Shown piece after piece: positions 50,894 to 64,000 of a DNA stretch of 64,000 bases (position 1 is the first letter of the stretch; every line of letters begins with the position of its first letter). This stretch comes from Callorhinchus milii (Eukaryota), in NCBI RefSeq assembly GCF_018977255.1, contig NW_024704743.1, forward strand, positions 100,008,001-100,072,000. Direction: 5' to 3'. The notes beneath the pieces are model-generated. The model was not told the origin of the DNA. It saw nothing but the letters and a program-made list of their open reading frames with translations, and did not search any database. Position numbers and translations under genes: made by a program.

Positions 50894-52218
50894 GGTTTGT
50901 GTCTGGAAAAAAAACATTACAAAGTAAAACATCAATCCCAATAATTTTGCACCCGATTTAACACTGAACATTTCTTATTCTGTCAATTTTGCAAAAATCC
51001 CTCAAGCTTGAGAACCATATGTCACACAGGAGATAAGAGTTCCCACCAGTCAGACAGCTGAGCTGAATGGCCTCTTCAGTGAATAGCATTTTCATTTCTA
51101 TGCTTCTGGGATCAACCTCCATATCCAAGCTTGCACTCGCAGTCCAGAATTACTCTCCAATGCTATGCGGAGTTCATTCGTATCACTAAGAGGTGCTAAC
51201 CTTCAGATGAGATGAACAGGGAATTAATCCTTGTGTAGGATATTGCTGGTGCAGATGAACCATAAGAGTGACTACAAAGTGTTAAGCGTGGTTCAGTTTT
51301 TAGCATTTATACCTAAAAGTCAGAAACCCCTTGTCAGGATTTGAGCGGTGATGCGCTACCCTTTATTGTTGTAGATCCTTTAGATATGACACTAAACCAA
51401 GGTCACTTCTGTTGGTTAAATAATGTTAAAGATCTTAATGCCTATTCAGCTACATATATGGAACTGAAAGCATGCAAGGTACTACATCAAAACAGATAAA
51501 ATATAAGGGAGAAACAAGTGGTTAAAATATAATATACAAGACTGAAGTATAAATTTCTGGTAATTTTACATTGATAAGCTTAACATAAGATTGTATACTT
51601 TGTAGGTTTACAATTCAGATGGAGGTGACAGGATAACTCTACCTTTGTAGGTCACCTACAAAATACAGTCACTGCACTTCACATGTGCACCTTGCCTCCT
51701 CTGTTCTTGTTATATTGAAGTGAGGATCTCAAGGGCACTTGATTGTAGATCAAAACAAATTTATTTTAATCCTGGTTAATCATTACAGTACATTTAGAAC
51801 ATTTTGTCCATAAGAATATCAATACATTACATAGTTCAGAAGATTTGGTTCTAAAAGCAAGAGGCATGAGCAGGCCACGAGGCCAAAATAATGTTAAACT
51901 TGTTTTATTGAAGATTACAATGGGGACAATCCAGTCTTTAGAGTACTGAAGTACAGTAATGATATGCAAAGACTGAAGATTACTTAATTCTGGTCAATGA
52001 TCCCACAAGGACACAAGCACAGCTAGTACGAAAAGCAACAATGCCAAAGGTATCTGGGACCAGACTCACAGCTAAACATCTAGTTTAGTAAATGACGGAT
52101 TATAAAAGGCAAGTACAGACACATGGTTATAGATTCTCTGCTACCAGACTATGAAAATGACATCTGTGGAATGCAGTTGATTAGCGTTGAGAAAGGCAGG
52201 TGGCTATGCGGGACAGAC

Positions 52219-52538
52219 AATAATAATCCTTGCATTTGATATAGCGCCTTATCACATCTTCGAGACGTCTCAAAGTACTTCACAGAATATACTGTAAAAT
52301 AAATTGACTATATTTTGTGGGCGCAACATAACAGCCAATTGCGCACAGCAGTGTCCCACAAACAGTTGTGGATTGAGTGACCAAATTGTTATTATTTTTT
52401 TGAGGAATTATTAGCCCGGAAAAGAGATCCGTCCATCAACTAACAACCAGGTTCCTATTTATTGCAAGGTAAATAGAGGCATGTGGAGTAAGGAAACTTG
52501 CCCAACAATTTGCCCTGCCGGGGATCAAACCCAGGCCT
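52219..52538 (-). mobile_element. tRNA-derived SINE, long subfamily, 5'-truncated
   Basis: Tail, Deu core and B-box present; A-box missing. Confidence 0.85.
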
Positions 52539-54154
52539 ATCCAATAGGGAATTGGACAGAGATCATTAGTGGAAATCTTGATTCCTCCTACTGTCACGTA
52601 GGAATACTTCAACTGTTACCATGCCCCAGAACAGCCAACTCAGAATATATTACCATAAAAATAACTGCAATGTTCTGGTGTGTACAGTCACCGAGCACTG
52701 CCTTTATCCTTCAACCAATGGGGGAATTCTGCTCTGCGGTCACTTACATTGAATACATAGAATCTACCAGGACCCAAACAAGTCATTCAGCCTAACTATA
52801 ACTAGTCCATGCCAGTGTTTGTACCCCACATGAGCCTCCACTCCTAATCCCCCTCTGGAGCCTCCCCAAAGACCACTCCTTTTTTCTCTTATTTATGCAT
52901 CAAGTTTCCTCTCAAGTGTGCACAGTTGTGGCGGAACTTGATGTTCTAATGCGGGGGTTGGCGGGAAGAGGAGAAATACGGGTAACAAAGATGAGATCAG
53001 ATGGGCCAAACAGTCTTTTTCATCCAAACAAATCTCATGAGGTCGTGAACTGCTCCACAGCTGAATCTGTGTAACCGCAGACAGGTAACACTTACGCAAA
53101 CACAGTAGTAGACAGGGGAAATAAAACACTTCCCCTCTTAAGTGGAGGGTTGAGCTCTGAATGCAAAGGAACCAAATGAACTAGTGAGTTATAGTTCAAA
53201 GGCGTGCCTCCTTCGATGTGCCAATGGCGTATTTTTGGAGCACCACACTTCCTGCAGCACAGTACATTAAGGTTAGCCTCCCATCTACGGAGGAACCCAG
53301 ACAGACACCGGGGACAGCTCGTGGTTTCATATTTCCCAAGTATTTTTAACTTGTGAATGATAATTAATCACCCAGTCCCTTGCCTTCACAATTGGGTGCC
53401 CCAGTTTGACATGCTTAAAAGGATTGCTGTCAGGAATTTCCGACTTGTTGAAAGATGTCATCTAACAGATCAGCCTCAATATTAACACACCAGCTCAAGC
53501 AGAAAGCCAGCTGGTGTTAACAGTGTGTTTTGTTATTTCTCAATAAATTGCATTTCTTGCTGGTGGTTCCTCCTCTCTGCCAATTATTCTTAAAATAGAA
53601 ATTATTTACTTCCTCTGGTTTACAATTCCACAGGTTCTGTCTGATTGGTTGCTTGCCCAAGGTGGCCAGTATTAAGGTGTGAAACTCCTGAATACTTACT
53701 TAATACTTGCGTCGACTTACAAAATAGTCATTACATTTTAAGCAAATTCCGTGAAGTGCTTTGAGACGTTCTCCTGACATAAAAGGTACTATATCATATG
53801 CAACAATTTATTTTATTGAGGACTATCAATATGGACCTGTTTGACCACTGATACAGATGAGCCCAAGGCTGTTCCTCTGTTTAACAGCACAGACCTGCAA
53901 CTTTCTTTTCTATGTGGCTCAGCGCTACACCTACTGCCTTTACTCAATTGGCCATCAGGTGAAGCTCGTTTAAGATGCTTTTTTAACATCCCTTTTTGAA
54001 ATCACTCCTCACCGTTAGACCCCCTGCAAAATGTCTCCTCTCGTGAAGCCCAACTTATACGGTAGTACAATTCCACATGAACTAAAAGTTTCCCTGCACT
54101 CCTCTCCCAGGCAGCCAGCCCTGTATCAGCAGGTTATTCATTTTAGGAGAATAG

Positions 54155-54365
54155 AAGATGTTTATAAAACACTGGTTAGGCCTCAGCTAGAGTACTGCGT
54201 TCAGTTCTGGGCATCACACTTTAGGAAGGATGTCAAAGCATTGGAGAGGGTGCAAAGGAGATTTACCAGGATGGTAGCAGGAATGAGGGACTTCAGTTAT
54301 CAGGGGAGGTTAGAGAAGCTAGGGTTATTATTATTTGGCCTCCTTTGTGCTGTATAATTTTATGA
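54155..54365 (+). mobile_element. CR1 LINE fragment; other CR1 relics near 4320-4420, 10190-10530, 13530-13740, 19900-20095, 25885-25995
   Basis: YKTLVRPQLEYCVQFWASHFRKDVKALERVQRRFTRM. Confidence 0.85.
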
Positions 54366-57300
54366 AGAGGGTAGAAAGGATCAATAAGCTCACAATTTCC
54401 CCAACCATCTCAGATAATAGCCAACAGCCAATATTTGAGGTTTATGATGACAGCAAACAAATACAATGCTGTGTTTACGGAAAAGGAAGGGGGAGTGAAT
54501 GAAAATAATAACTAATATAAACTGTTCCATAACTACCATGGGAGATGGATGCATTACCAATCCTCAGAATTGAGCAAAAATTTTAACCCAACATACACTT
54601 AGTACATTCATGCTAACCTGACATCAGCACACTGTGATGTTCAGGAGCCTAATGATTCTATTGCTAACTTTGAAAGCTGCACGTAGAGTATATGGCCACA
54701 AGTTTCAGGAATTGGGAGCATACCCCATATATGCATTTCTTGCAGTCACTTCCATCAGTAGAAATCACATTGGTGGATGGGAGTGAAATGGTATTGAATG
54801 TGGCACCAATGTTGGAGGCACCAATTCTTCTCCCATCACAAAGGATTTTTCAGTTCATGCTTCTAAAAGCAATGATGTAATCAGTTTGCAAGTTGAACAT
54901 CGCGTCGCTTACAAACCAGTGCATCTAATATACTTGCCCCCCCCCACCCGGGCAAAGATGAGGAGATATTATTAACCCAGGTTTTATTTTTCCAAATTGT
55001 CTTCAGCTCAGGGTAATAAATATGGGAATGAATAAAAGGACTGATTGACAGTGATGAGGAAGGGAGGGTGGGTGGAAACAAACTACAGAAACAAATGCAA
55101 AGAAAAATTAATTAAATATCTATAGTAATCCTTGCATTTGATCTAGCGCTTTATGTTGTTGAGATGTCTCAAAGCACTTCACAGATTATACTATAAAGTA
55201 TATTTTAGAAGTCAAAATGAATAAAGTGAAGCATCATGTGCTGCACCATGTCACGGTCCACTGGGTGAGGGGGAGTGTGTGTGTGTGGGGGGGTCAGAGA
55301 GAGAAGAGAAATAGACAAGAGGACAAGTTACAGGAACAGTATCTATGACTGAAATTTAGCATGCAGCTAATCAATTTTTTCTGTATAGAACTCACAGCGC
55401 AATAATTTCTGCAGGAACCAGCTACCAAAGCGTTTACCTGTCTGTATTGCTGCTGTTTGGACACCACTTCTGGCAATACTCAGGAGTGATGAATTAAATC
55501 CAGGTTCGATATAATAGCACAAAATGAGCTCCATAAAGCACTAGCTGCTTTTGAAAATGCTGTGAGTCATTGTAAGAGACTTTCTTCCAATAGCTGGAGA
55601 AATGCCAAGATGTTTTGCCTGCTATTCAAATGATCAGCATCAAACGCATATGATCGGAAACGAATTAAAAACAAGGGGATTTAATTAGCACACTTTACAT
55701 TTGCAGGATCAGACTTAGCACATTCAAATTTATTGCTATTTTGCAATACAAAGAAATTAGGTTGGGCATTACTGGGAACATATTAAGTAACTCAAGTGTT
55801 TACAACAAGAACCTTGTTTATCTCATTCTCTCCATGAACATTGACCCATATACTATTCACTACTGATACCAGTATTTGGAAGCATAACACTCAGAGGTTT
55901 CTAAGCTTCCACTCTACATGCAAAGGCATTGCTGCTGCAACTATTTGCTTTGGCTAGCATTACTATAATATGGTTTTCCTCCGATATTTCAACAGCAGAT
56001 TTTATCCGTTACACTTTCGCATTTTTGAAAAGAAAACTGCATCTAGTTTCAAACCAGATAAAAAAAAACATACACGACACTGTATAATCAAAAAATGCTT
56101 CAGATTCTCAGACTACTTCCACAGCTGTGGTTGCAACTTCCAATATAGTTCACTCTCTGCTTTAAGCAGGAATAAGATTAGATTGGCAGGGCATTTTTGA
56201 GTGAAAATAAAAATCCCAAGACCAACTTGATTTTGGAGTGGAAAAGGAAATGTTCAAATGGAGCGAGGCAGCATAATGGCAGGACACAGTGGACTGAGGT
56301 ACACCCATCTCTCTGCTGAACTGAATTTCATCTGAGTCAGGTGTGAGGCAATGGAAAGCTGAAGCCAGCCACTTACGCACACAGAATGGGCCTAGGAGAG
56401 GGAGGAAGAGAATAGAGAAAAAAAATCTAACAACTCTCATGACTGCTGATCCAGTCCAAACCCAATCTAATGTGCGTTTCCTTCCTCTAGCCCAGTTGTT
56501 GCCAATCTTTTGGTAGGCCAACACAACAAAAATCTCAATCGAATATTTCTTGATTTACAGCATAAATCAAGAATATCCAATCAAGAAAAACCTGGAAACA
56601 CATCATAGATTGAATGGACGTACCTAGTCTTGTGTGAATGATTGGGGAGGGGGGCACTTCTTGATGGCCCAGGGCAAACGGGCCATGGGTTGGCTAACAC
56701 TGCTCTAGGCCATGAATATGTGAAGTTTCATTGAATGTATGTTCATACAATCTGCTTTTGATAGAGATGCTCATTTTCCAATATGACAGTTAAGAGTGGG
56801 AGGGAAGAGTCATGAGAAAAGAATGTAGAGGATGACTCACGACATCCTGTTCAATAGAACATTGAGTTAAGATGGCATGAGCTAATGACTTGTTTTAGAA
56901 GCAAGAGATTTATTTTGGCAGTGCAATAGCACTCTGAAATAACACACATTTCTCCCATACAATTCATGTGTCAGTACAAGCAAAATGACATGGGTGGTAG
57001 AATCTGAGGCTAAATTAATTTAGCAATATCACTGGGGTGTTACCTTTTTAACTGTCTGACTATCTCAGTACTGTACCTTTAAATTATTTAAGCAGATAAT
57101 AATTTAGCTTCATAATAGCCACCCCTCCAAAAAAGCAAGCTTCTATTCCAAATATTTAGCAACATGAAAAATGAATTTTTAGCATGCATGTGCTTCACAG
57201 CAAGTATGTTTTCTAAGTCAATGTTCAGTGCATTAAATTTCCCTGCGTTAACCATCCCAAAAGACACCTCAATTCTTTCTTCCCACCATAAAATCTGTGA

Positions 57301-57502
57301 ATTACTTTCAGTAACTATTGTGTCACTAATTAAGTACAATGCTTCCTATGCTTTTGTACAAAGAAAAGAAAGCATAAATCAGTTGATGCTGAATCAGTAA
57401 TAACAATAATAATCCTTGTAGGGTTTTCCTTGATGGGAGAACATCTCAAAGAGCTTCACAAGATTTTAATGTGAAGCGGAGTCACTGTATCTGTAGGTGA
57501 AT

Positions 57503-57824
57503 GTGAGTCCTGTAGCTCAGTGGTTAGAGTACTCGCTTTGCAAGCGAGAGATCTGGCTTTGATTCCCGGCAGGGTAAAACCTTAGGCAAGTTTCCTTACT
57601 CCACACGCCTGATAATAATCCCTCAAGAAAAAAAACAATAATAAATTGGTCGGTTCAATCCATGACTGTTTGTAGGATACTGCTGTGCGCAATTGGCTGC
57701 CACATTTCGCCCACAAATATACAGTCAATTCACTTTACAGTTATTCTGTGAAGCGCTTTGAGACGTCAAGAAGACGTGAAAAGCGCTATATCAAATGCAA
57801 GGATTATTATTATTTATTATTATT
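57503..57824 (+). mobile_element. tRNA-derived SINE, short subfamily, nested in an older antisense SINE (57398-57960)
   Basis: Full head to (ATT)n tail; the flanks continue an older Deu-SINE on the - strand. Confidence 0.88.
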
Positions 57825-58130
57825 CTGCAGACAATTTGGGCAAAACAATGTCCAACAAACAACCATGAAGTAATTGACCAATTTTATTTGGGGAATTGTT
57901 GGCCAGGACATCAGGAGAAACTCCCTTCTCTTTTGCAATGGGATCTTTAACATCTACAGAAACATTACATTTCTACTTATTTACATTTTCCTCCCTTAGC
58001 TTCGATTTTCTAGTTCACACGTTATCCTTGTCCAGTAGGGTGTTGGTGGGCACCAATAGCAGCTTGGAATGACATCTCTCCTTCTGTGGAAGGTACTTGA
58101 TGTTCATTCAACAAGCACCATGTCTGAAGG

Positions 58131-58460
58131 ATTTTTTTTGTTTGGTCAATCAGGTGTCTAAAACACGTGGAAACCCATGACTAAGCTTAAGTGCCAGAGT
58201 CTAACCAGCTAACACCACATAGCTTGCCATTGGGGGCACTGCCTTGCAAGCTTTACCGCTGCTTGTCCAGCTAGGACCGCCCTATCGGTTATAGTTTTGG
58301 CTAGCAGGGCTAACGGGAGTTGGGACGAGTCCCTGCCCCCAGTGACTGGTCTGCTCCTCCAAGTCCTGCCGATCAGCCAGGCCGCGCTGTCATCAGCAAT
58401 GCCCTGAAGCACTGCGGAGCCACCTGGCTCAGGAACTCGACAACTGAGACCACCACAGAA
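58131..58460 (-). mobile_element. LF-SINE-like repeat family (copies at 12361-12565, 17272-17340, ~33770-33850)
   Basis: Mutually alignable copies inside the window with an A-rich 3' end on -. Motifs GGTGGTCTCAGT..AGTTCC and AAGCTTGCA..GC..TGCCC resemble the LF-SINE consensus as I recall it. Confidence 0.55.
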
Positions 58461-60718
58461 GGTTGTCTTGATTCTGACATTCCATTGCCAAACATCACCT
58501 TGGAGCCAGTTCAGCTCCAAGGAGACCCTGCTTACCTCCTCTTCAGAGTGTCACACGGAGAAACTAGGCGAGCGGCACCCTCATTCACCCTGAACTGAGT
58601 GAATAGTGAAATTATTTGATAGCCTCTTTGATATTGCTACTTATTTTAAACCACTTTGAGAATAGAGACCTGCATTCACAGCTATGTTTATTTGACTTTA
58701 TGTACGATGCAGAGCTACCCTGTCCACACCGAGCACAAATGTATAAGATGAAGCAACTTTTCTTCTGGTTTAGTTCCAAGTCAGTTGCTGTAAAAACAAG
58801 CTGTTCACTTTTAATAAGATGAGCTTTTCAGCTCTTGTTTCTACAAATTGTTACCAGTAGAATTGTAAAGGCATCAGACAACAAACCAATATCACCAGGA
58901 CAACTCCAATAGCTGTACAGCCTTAAACTTTACACTGAACTATTATCCCCTCATTTCACCCTTCATATCATTTCCAAATTCTTCACAAGATACCCAGGTG
59001 ACAACGAATGAACCCATCAATTAACATTCCAGGGCCAATCCAGGCTTGGTCGTGTAACACAAGCACAAACAGAGAGGAAACCTTTGTGAGACTTTAAATG
59101 GAATGCAGTTTACGTTAAAAGTTTAGTAGCTTAAAATGGTTAAACGCTTGAAGTGGTTCAAACCTCGTATCTTTTAGATATTTTGTTTACATCACAATGT
59201 TATTCTGTACACCATCACCACATCTCAACTATTTGTAGGTTAGAGGAAGTCTCGTTCTCAGAGGCCCTGAGGTTTTTTTAAAAAAAAACTTTTGCAATAA
59301 GGAGAATTAAGTAACACTTCAGTGCTTTGCAACTGCTAGGTGTTGCTGATTGGTTATTTTAAATTTGACTTTCATTTTCTGTTATAACATTACAACATAC
59401 CATACTAGGATGTAAAATCATGTCTCGTAAAAAGGTGCAGAAATAGTTTACTAGCATTGAAAGTACAGACAAAGCAGGCTTTTTTTTTAAAAAAGAGAAT
59501 TTTGGGGGACACCACATTTAGCCTCAATGTCTAGACACCTCAAGTAAAAAGGCCAGGGGAGCAGACATTGCTGATCTCTTCCTAGTGACCAGCTGCAATT
59601 CTTGCCCCTCTTCTCCAGTCACCCTCCCCCCATCCATTCAAATAGTCTGTTTATACCCAAAGAACTACCACTCGAGTGGGATACCAGAGGACTGTGGCTT
59701 GTTAACAACCAGTTTAATAACTTGGTTAACACATTACTGTCAAGCATTCTGGAAACTGAGGCAACACAGAATGCACACACTTTGCAGCCAGTGGACTGTT
59801 GGAGGGCAAGAGAGGGTTCAGGGATTCCAGAGGTGGAGGTAAAGTAGCTGAGGGCTTGGCTTCTGGTGATAGGACACAGTAGGCCGTTGACTTGCTGCAG
59901 GTTCAAGTATGTTGAGCAGGGCGGGGCGGGGGCAGGGGGTGAGGTGGAACTGTACAGCCAGACAGCCTTTGATGTTGGGTGGTTTGCAGCTGCAGTGATA
60001 CAATGAGTGTTGCTAATCGGAGGCCTTGTCAAGCAGTTTGTGCGCTGCATATTTGCAAGCAAGCCCTTTTCTAAAATGTTCGTCGTTTTTCAGGCTTCTT
60101 TTCTGCACAAGTTCAGATCACCACAATAGTGTGCCACAAAGTAGTCTACAAAGAATCTTGCTGAACGAATTGCCCTTCTTCAGATGACTTTTTTCCATTT
60201 ATCACCACCTTCAAAGCTTCATCCCTACCACAGCGTGGCAGAACATGGGTTTGGGTTTATACCCGCCACCATCTCAGAGCTCCGCATTGTGGGAGGCTGG
60301 CGAGCAGAACACAGACAACGACAGTCACCTTTGGCTGCATTACTTTTGAAAGCACATACTCTCCCTATTGGTTGCTCAAAGCTTGTTGTGACTTCCCACC
60401 TATCAATAGGAAAATAGTTCCTTGTGCAAGGACAAAACCATAAATCAAAAATAGGAGAAAATGCGCTACAGTATGGAAACAGGCAATTAAAACAAACTAA
60501 TCTGAACCAAAGTACATGCAATGGTAATCTAGCTCTGATATCACTGAGTTTGGGCATTGCAGCACAGAAAAAGGAGAAATGATCTTGGACATAACAGTCA
60601 CCAACGGAAGTGGCTTTGTGACTTCAGTAGACATAACCGTAACTAGGAATATAACCACAATCGCTATTTCAGAACTGTGTAATTTACCAAAGAAATGTTG
60701 GTGCCCTGCAATATACTT

Positions 60719-61500
60719 TAACAACATCTTGCACTTGTACAGTGCCCTCCACACCGGGCAGCATCTCATAGCGCTTAACAATGGTGGAGCTCAAGGCCGA
60801 GCCAGAGGGAGGGGGAAGGTGACCGTAGGCGCGGTCGAAAAGAAAGGTCTTCAGACGCGACCTGAAGATGGGGAAGGAGGGGGTGAGGCGAAGGGGTTGA
60901 GGGAGGGAGTTGGTGGAGCGGAGGATTCGGGGGCTGCGGAGGAGGCTGGACCCAGTAGAGCGGAGGCAGTGGATACTGCTGTGTGGAGAGAGATTAGAGA
61001 GATAGGGCGGTGCCAAGGAATGGAGGGATTTAAACACTAGAGTGAGGATCTTGAAGTCGACCCGCTCTGTGACAGGGAGCCAGTGGAGTTTGGCAAGGAC
61101 TGGAGTATTTGTTTTATTTACAGTACCAAGTTTGGTCCAGGTGAGTTTTAAATGAGCTGGATTTTATGAATAGTGGAGAAGGGGAGACTGGCGAGGAGGG
61201 CGTTAAAGTCCAGCCGAGAATTGACAAAGGAATGGACAAGGGTTTCGGCAGCTTTTGGGGTGAGGTATTATCGGAGACAGGCAATGTGGCGGAGGTGGAA
61301 GAAAGCGGTGCTGCTCAAGGGACCGGATGTGGGGGAGGAAGGATAACTGGGGATCGAACCTGATGCCTAAGTTGCGCACGGGTTCAGAGAGTTTTAAGGA
61401 CAGGTCAGGTAGGTTGCGGGGGTCGGAACTGTGGGACAGAAGACGTTGGCGGGAGCCAAAGAGTATGGCTTCCGTCTTGTTAACGTTTAACTGCAGGAAG
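60719..61500 (-). mobile_element. L2 LINE 3' fragment, same subfamily as 45786-47185
   Basis: Directly alignable with 45786-46790; FKSLHSLAPPYLSNL. Confidence 0.85.
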
Positions 61501-62490
61501 CTTTAACGGTATCCTTAAAATAAGGGCACACTCAAGATTAAACATGAACACGAGGCCTGTAGTGAAGAATGCTGTGAAGCAATTGTTTACTTTTATCAGA
61601 TTGTGGCTGAAGTTCAGTGTCAGATGAGTGAGCTCAGAACTCCCGAAGCATGGCTGGTAAATGGAAAGGAAGCAAAAGTAACTACCATCAACTTGGAAAT
61701 TGGCCAGCAGAGCAAAAAGTGAATGAATGAAAATTCTTGCTGTAAATAAAACGGAAACTGTGAAAAGCACAGGAGGGGTCAAGCTGAGAAAGCCAGTACA
61801 GGAGCAGAGACTCAGGATCACAGTTACATCAATCACTGTTCCAACCCCAAAGGCTCAGTCACCGTAGACCAATTCCTGAAGGAGAAATTCTTAAATTAAG
61901 TTTTATATTTAGTCCTTTTTTTAAAAGAACTCCACCAACATCTGAAGGCACAATTGTTTTCGAAAATGAAGGAAGTGGACTAGCATTACAATGTGGTTTA
62001 AGTACCAGTCATTGGTACAAATGGGCCAATGAAATAAGGTAGAAAGTTGCCATCATCAAAAATTGCAAACTAACTTAAGGCACAAAATTTACTGTATAGA
62101 AATTCTATAGGTTTTCCCTCAAACACTTTTTGTGGGTAAATCTGCTCTGAAATTCCCTCCCAACACCGCCTTCCAAATCCATAACATATACAACAACAAC
62201 AAGATTCCATTTATAGAGCGCCTTTCACGTCGGGAGGACGTCCCAAGGCGCACACAAATCTGCACAGGCTGGAATTACAGAATGTTTGCCCCTCCCAGAA
62301 CCCAAAAGTAATAAGGAATGGAGGCACGTTACCAAAAGGGGTTATGAATCAGTACTCATAAGCTCCTAATAGTTAGTAATGGGTCCAATGGTTGAAAAAA
62401 TCCCAGTTGCAATATTCAGGTCAACCACACAAAGTTAAGTACTTAAGAGACATTCAGTACTTAACACATCAAACCATTGTCAAAGCTACA

Positions 62491-62817
62491 GTGGAGTCCT
62501 GTAGCTCAGTGGTTAGAGCACTCGCTTTGCAAGCGATAGACCTGAGTTCAATTCCAGGCAGGGCAAAACCTTGGGCAAGTTTCCTTACTCCACACGCCTA
62601 ATAATAATCCCTCCAAAACAAAAAACAATAATAAATTGGTAATTTTCAATCTACGACTGTTTGTGGGACATTGCTGTGCGCAATTGGCTGCCGCGTTCGC
62701 CCACAAATATACAGTCAATTCACTTTACAGTGTGTTCTGTGAAGCGCTTTGGGACGTCCTCCCGACGTGAAAAGCGCTATATCAAATGCAAGGATTATTA
62801 TTATTATTATTATTATT
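62491..62817 (+). mobile_element. tRNA-derived SINE, short subfamily
   Basis: Full length with a long (ATT)n tail. Confidence 0.92.
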
Positions 62818-62830
62818 GTCAGAGACTCAC

Positions 62831-62923
62831 CCACAACCAGGAGTTTCCAGAGGAGATGGCTTCACTCTCACTATCTGTACTCTCTTCTCCAGAACAGTCA
62901 TAATCTTCAGTGAATAAAGACAT
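62831..62923 (-). CDS. LPIN2: Candidate upstream alternative coding exon of lipin (31 aa, acidic, ends SWLW)
   Basis: ATG at 62923 with an in-frame TAA 6 codons upstream. Encodes MSLFTEDYDCSGEESTDSESEAISSGNSWLW, then a consensus donor TGG|GTGAGT in phase 0. In frame with ACA CAA ACC ATG of the next exon. Confidence 0.62.
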
Positions 62924-63581
62924 TTGAGGTATTTTTCCTTAACCTCTACCTCTTAGTTCCTAATGTTAGTCTCATCCCAGGATAAGCCTCCTCAGGAATA
63001 CCAGCCTACCAGTATCTTGCTGCTTTTGATGAAGCGTGGATGAAGCAAAGAATAAATCTATTCCCAAATCATTGTGTCTGTTGGGGGGTGGGGGGGGGGG
63101 GGAAGGGTTTGTATCGAACCAGCTGCTCCAACCTATTACTAAAAGAATCAAAGTTCACAGAATTCAAATCGAAATCTATCTCTGATGCAAGGTGCATCAG
63201 GGCATGTGTCTGATGCAGGGAGTTTCATGGTGTTGTAAGAACTAGTTAATAATTACAACAAATCCTGTGTCATTAACAATAATGCAATAAAAATGCTATC
63301 AATGAGCGCTTGTGGACAGACATTTGTCACAAGTTATAACAATATGTTTATTGACATAAGTTTCTATTGTACTGATTACAGTCAGCAATTAAACCTTGGA
63401 CCATATCTGTGCCCACAGAAATGTGGGGTTTCCAGTGAAAAAATCTTCCATCACGAAGTTTTTGCAATCCAGTATTGGCAGTGATAGTTTGAGGTTAACC
63501 CACTGAATGGTGACTCCGCCAGTTTGAGATAGGATGTTTTAGTAGTTGCATAGGATTCTTGTACATAGGGACAGGAGAAAC

Positions 63582-63899
63582 AATAATAATAATCCTGGAA
63601 TTTTATATTACGTCTCAAAGCGCTTTACGGAATATACTATAAAGTGAATGTATATTTTTGGGGGCAAAACTGGGCAGCCAATTGAACACAGCAGTGTCCC
63701 ACAAACAGTCATGGATTGAGTGACCAATTTTTTTTAAAAAAGTGTTATCGGCCCCAGAAAGTGATTCGCCAATTGACTAACAACCGGGTTCCTACTCACT
63801 GCTAGTTAACAGAAGGCATGTGGAGAAAGGAAACCGTCTAAAATTTTGTCCTATACGGGAATTGAAGTGAGGTGAGTGCTCTTACCAATACTCTACAGG
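63582..63899 (-). mobile_element. tRNA-derived SINE, long subfamily, diverged
   Basis: Tail, Deu core and extra segment recognisable. Confidence 0.8.
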
Positions 63900-64000
63900 T
63901 TCAGTGCTTTATTTCTTTATTTTGTGTAACATAGTGTTTTACAAGCAGGGACAAGTACATTCCTCATTCTTTGCAATGTTGGTACTTGCATAAAAGCAGC

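Noticed and set aside
53090..53340. Alternative non-coding first exon of lipin (donor GTAAGT on - at 53095)
   Set aside because: Only a donor hexamer and scattered motifs; insufficient support.
54937..55008. Possible second upstream lipin exon (LKTIWKNKTWVNNISSSLP, - strand)
   Set aside because: Weak resemblance to a recalled LPIN1 leader, but it needs a GAG acceptor and a GC donor to stay in phase; probably chance.
62493..62563. tRNA-Ala genes (also at 5660-5727, 46430-46496, 57505-57575)
   Set aside because: These are SINE heads, each followed by the same body and tail.
62661..62903. Recurring small ORFs '[14 protein letters not shown]...KDYYYY' looking like a peptide family
   Set aside because: They are translations of SINE tails and (ATT)n.

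Overview
Eukaryotic (vertebrate) genomic DNA, not prokaryotic. The repeat landscape (tRNA-Ala-headed Deu-domain SINEs with (ATT)n tails, L2 and CR1 LINE fragments) points to a cartilaginous fish, probably a chimaera; this is inference. Two convergent spliced genes were reconstructed by hand. (1) The 3' part of an EMILIN2-like gene lies on + (5 exons, 1046-21013): coiled-coil exon, degenerate collagen exon, 33-nt micro-exon and gC1q domain. (2) A complete lipin (LPIN2-like phosphatidate phosphatase) lies on - (19 coding exons, 50893-28934, 2667 nt, 888 aa) with intact DIDGT and LxxIL motifs; every junction is GT-AG and phase-consistent. There is also a candidate upstream coding exon at 62831-62923. 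The most unusual item is a ~535-bp element in an EMILIN intron (16400-16933). It starts exactly at U2 snRNA nucleotide 1, keeps a remodelled U2-like hairpin series, carries extra hairpins, and ends in a terminal stem-loop plus A-tail with a probable target-site duplication. It is a candidate U2-headed SINE (SINEU-like) or a retrocopy of an expanded U2-like RNA. Comparisons with human and consensus sequences are from memory and need confirming by alignment.
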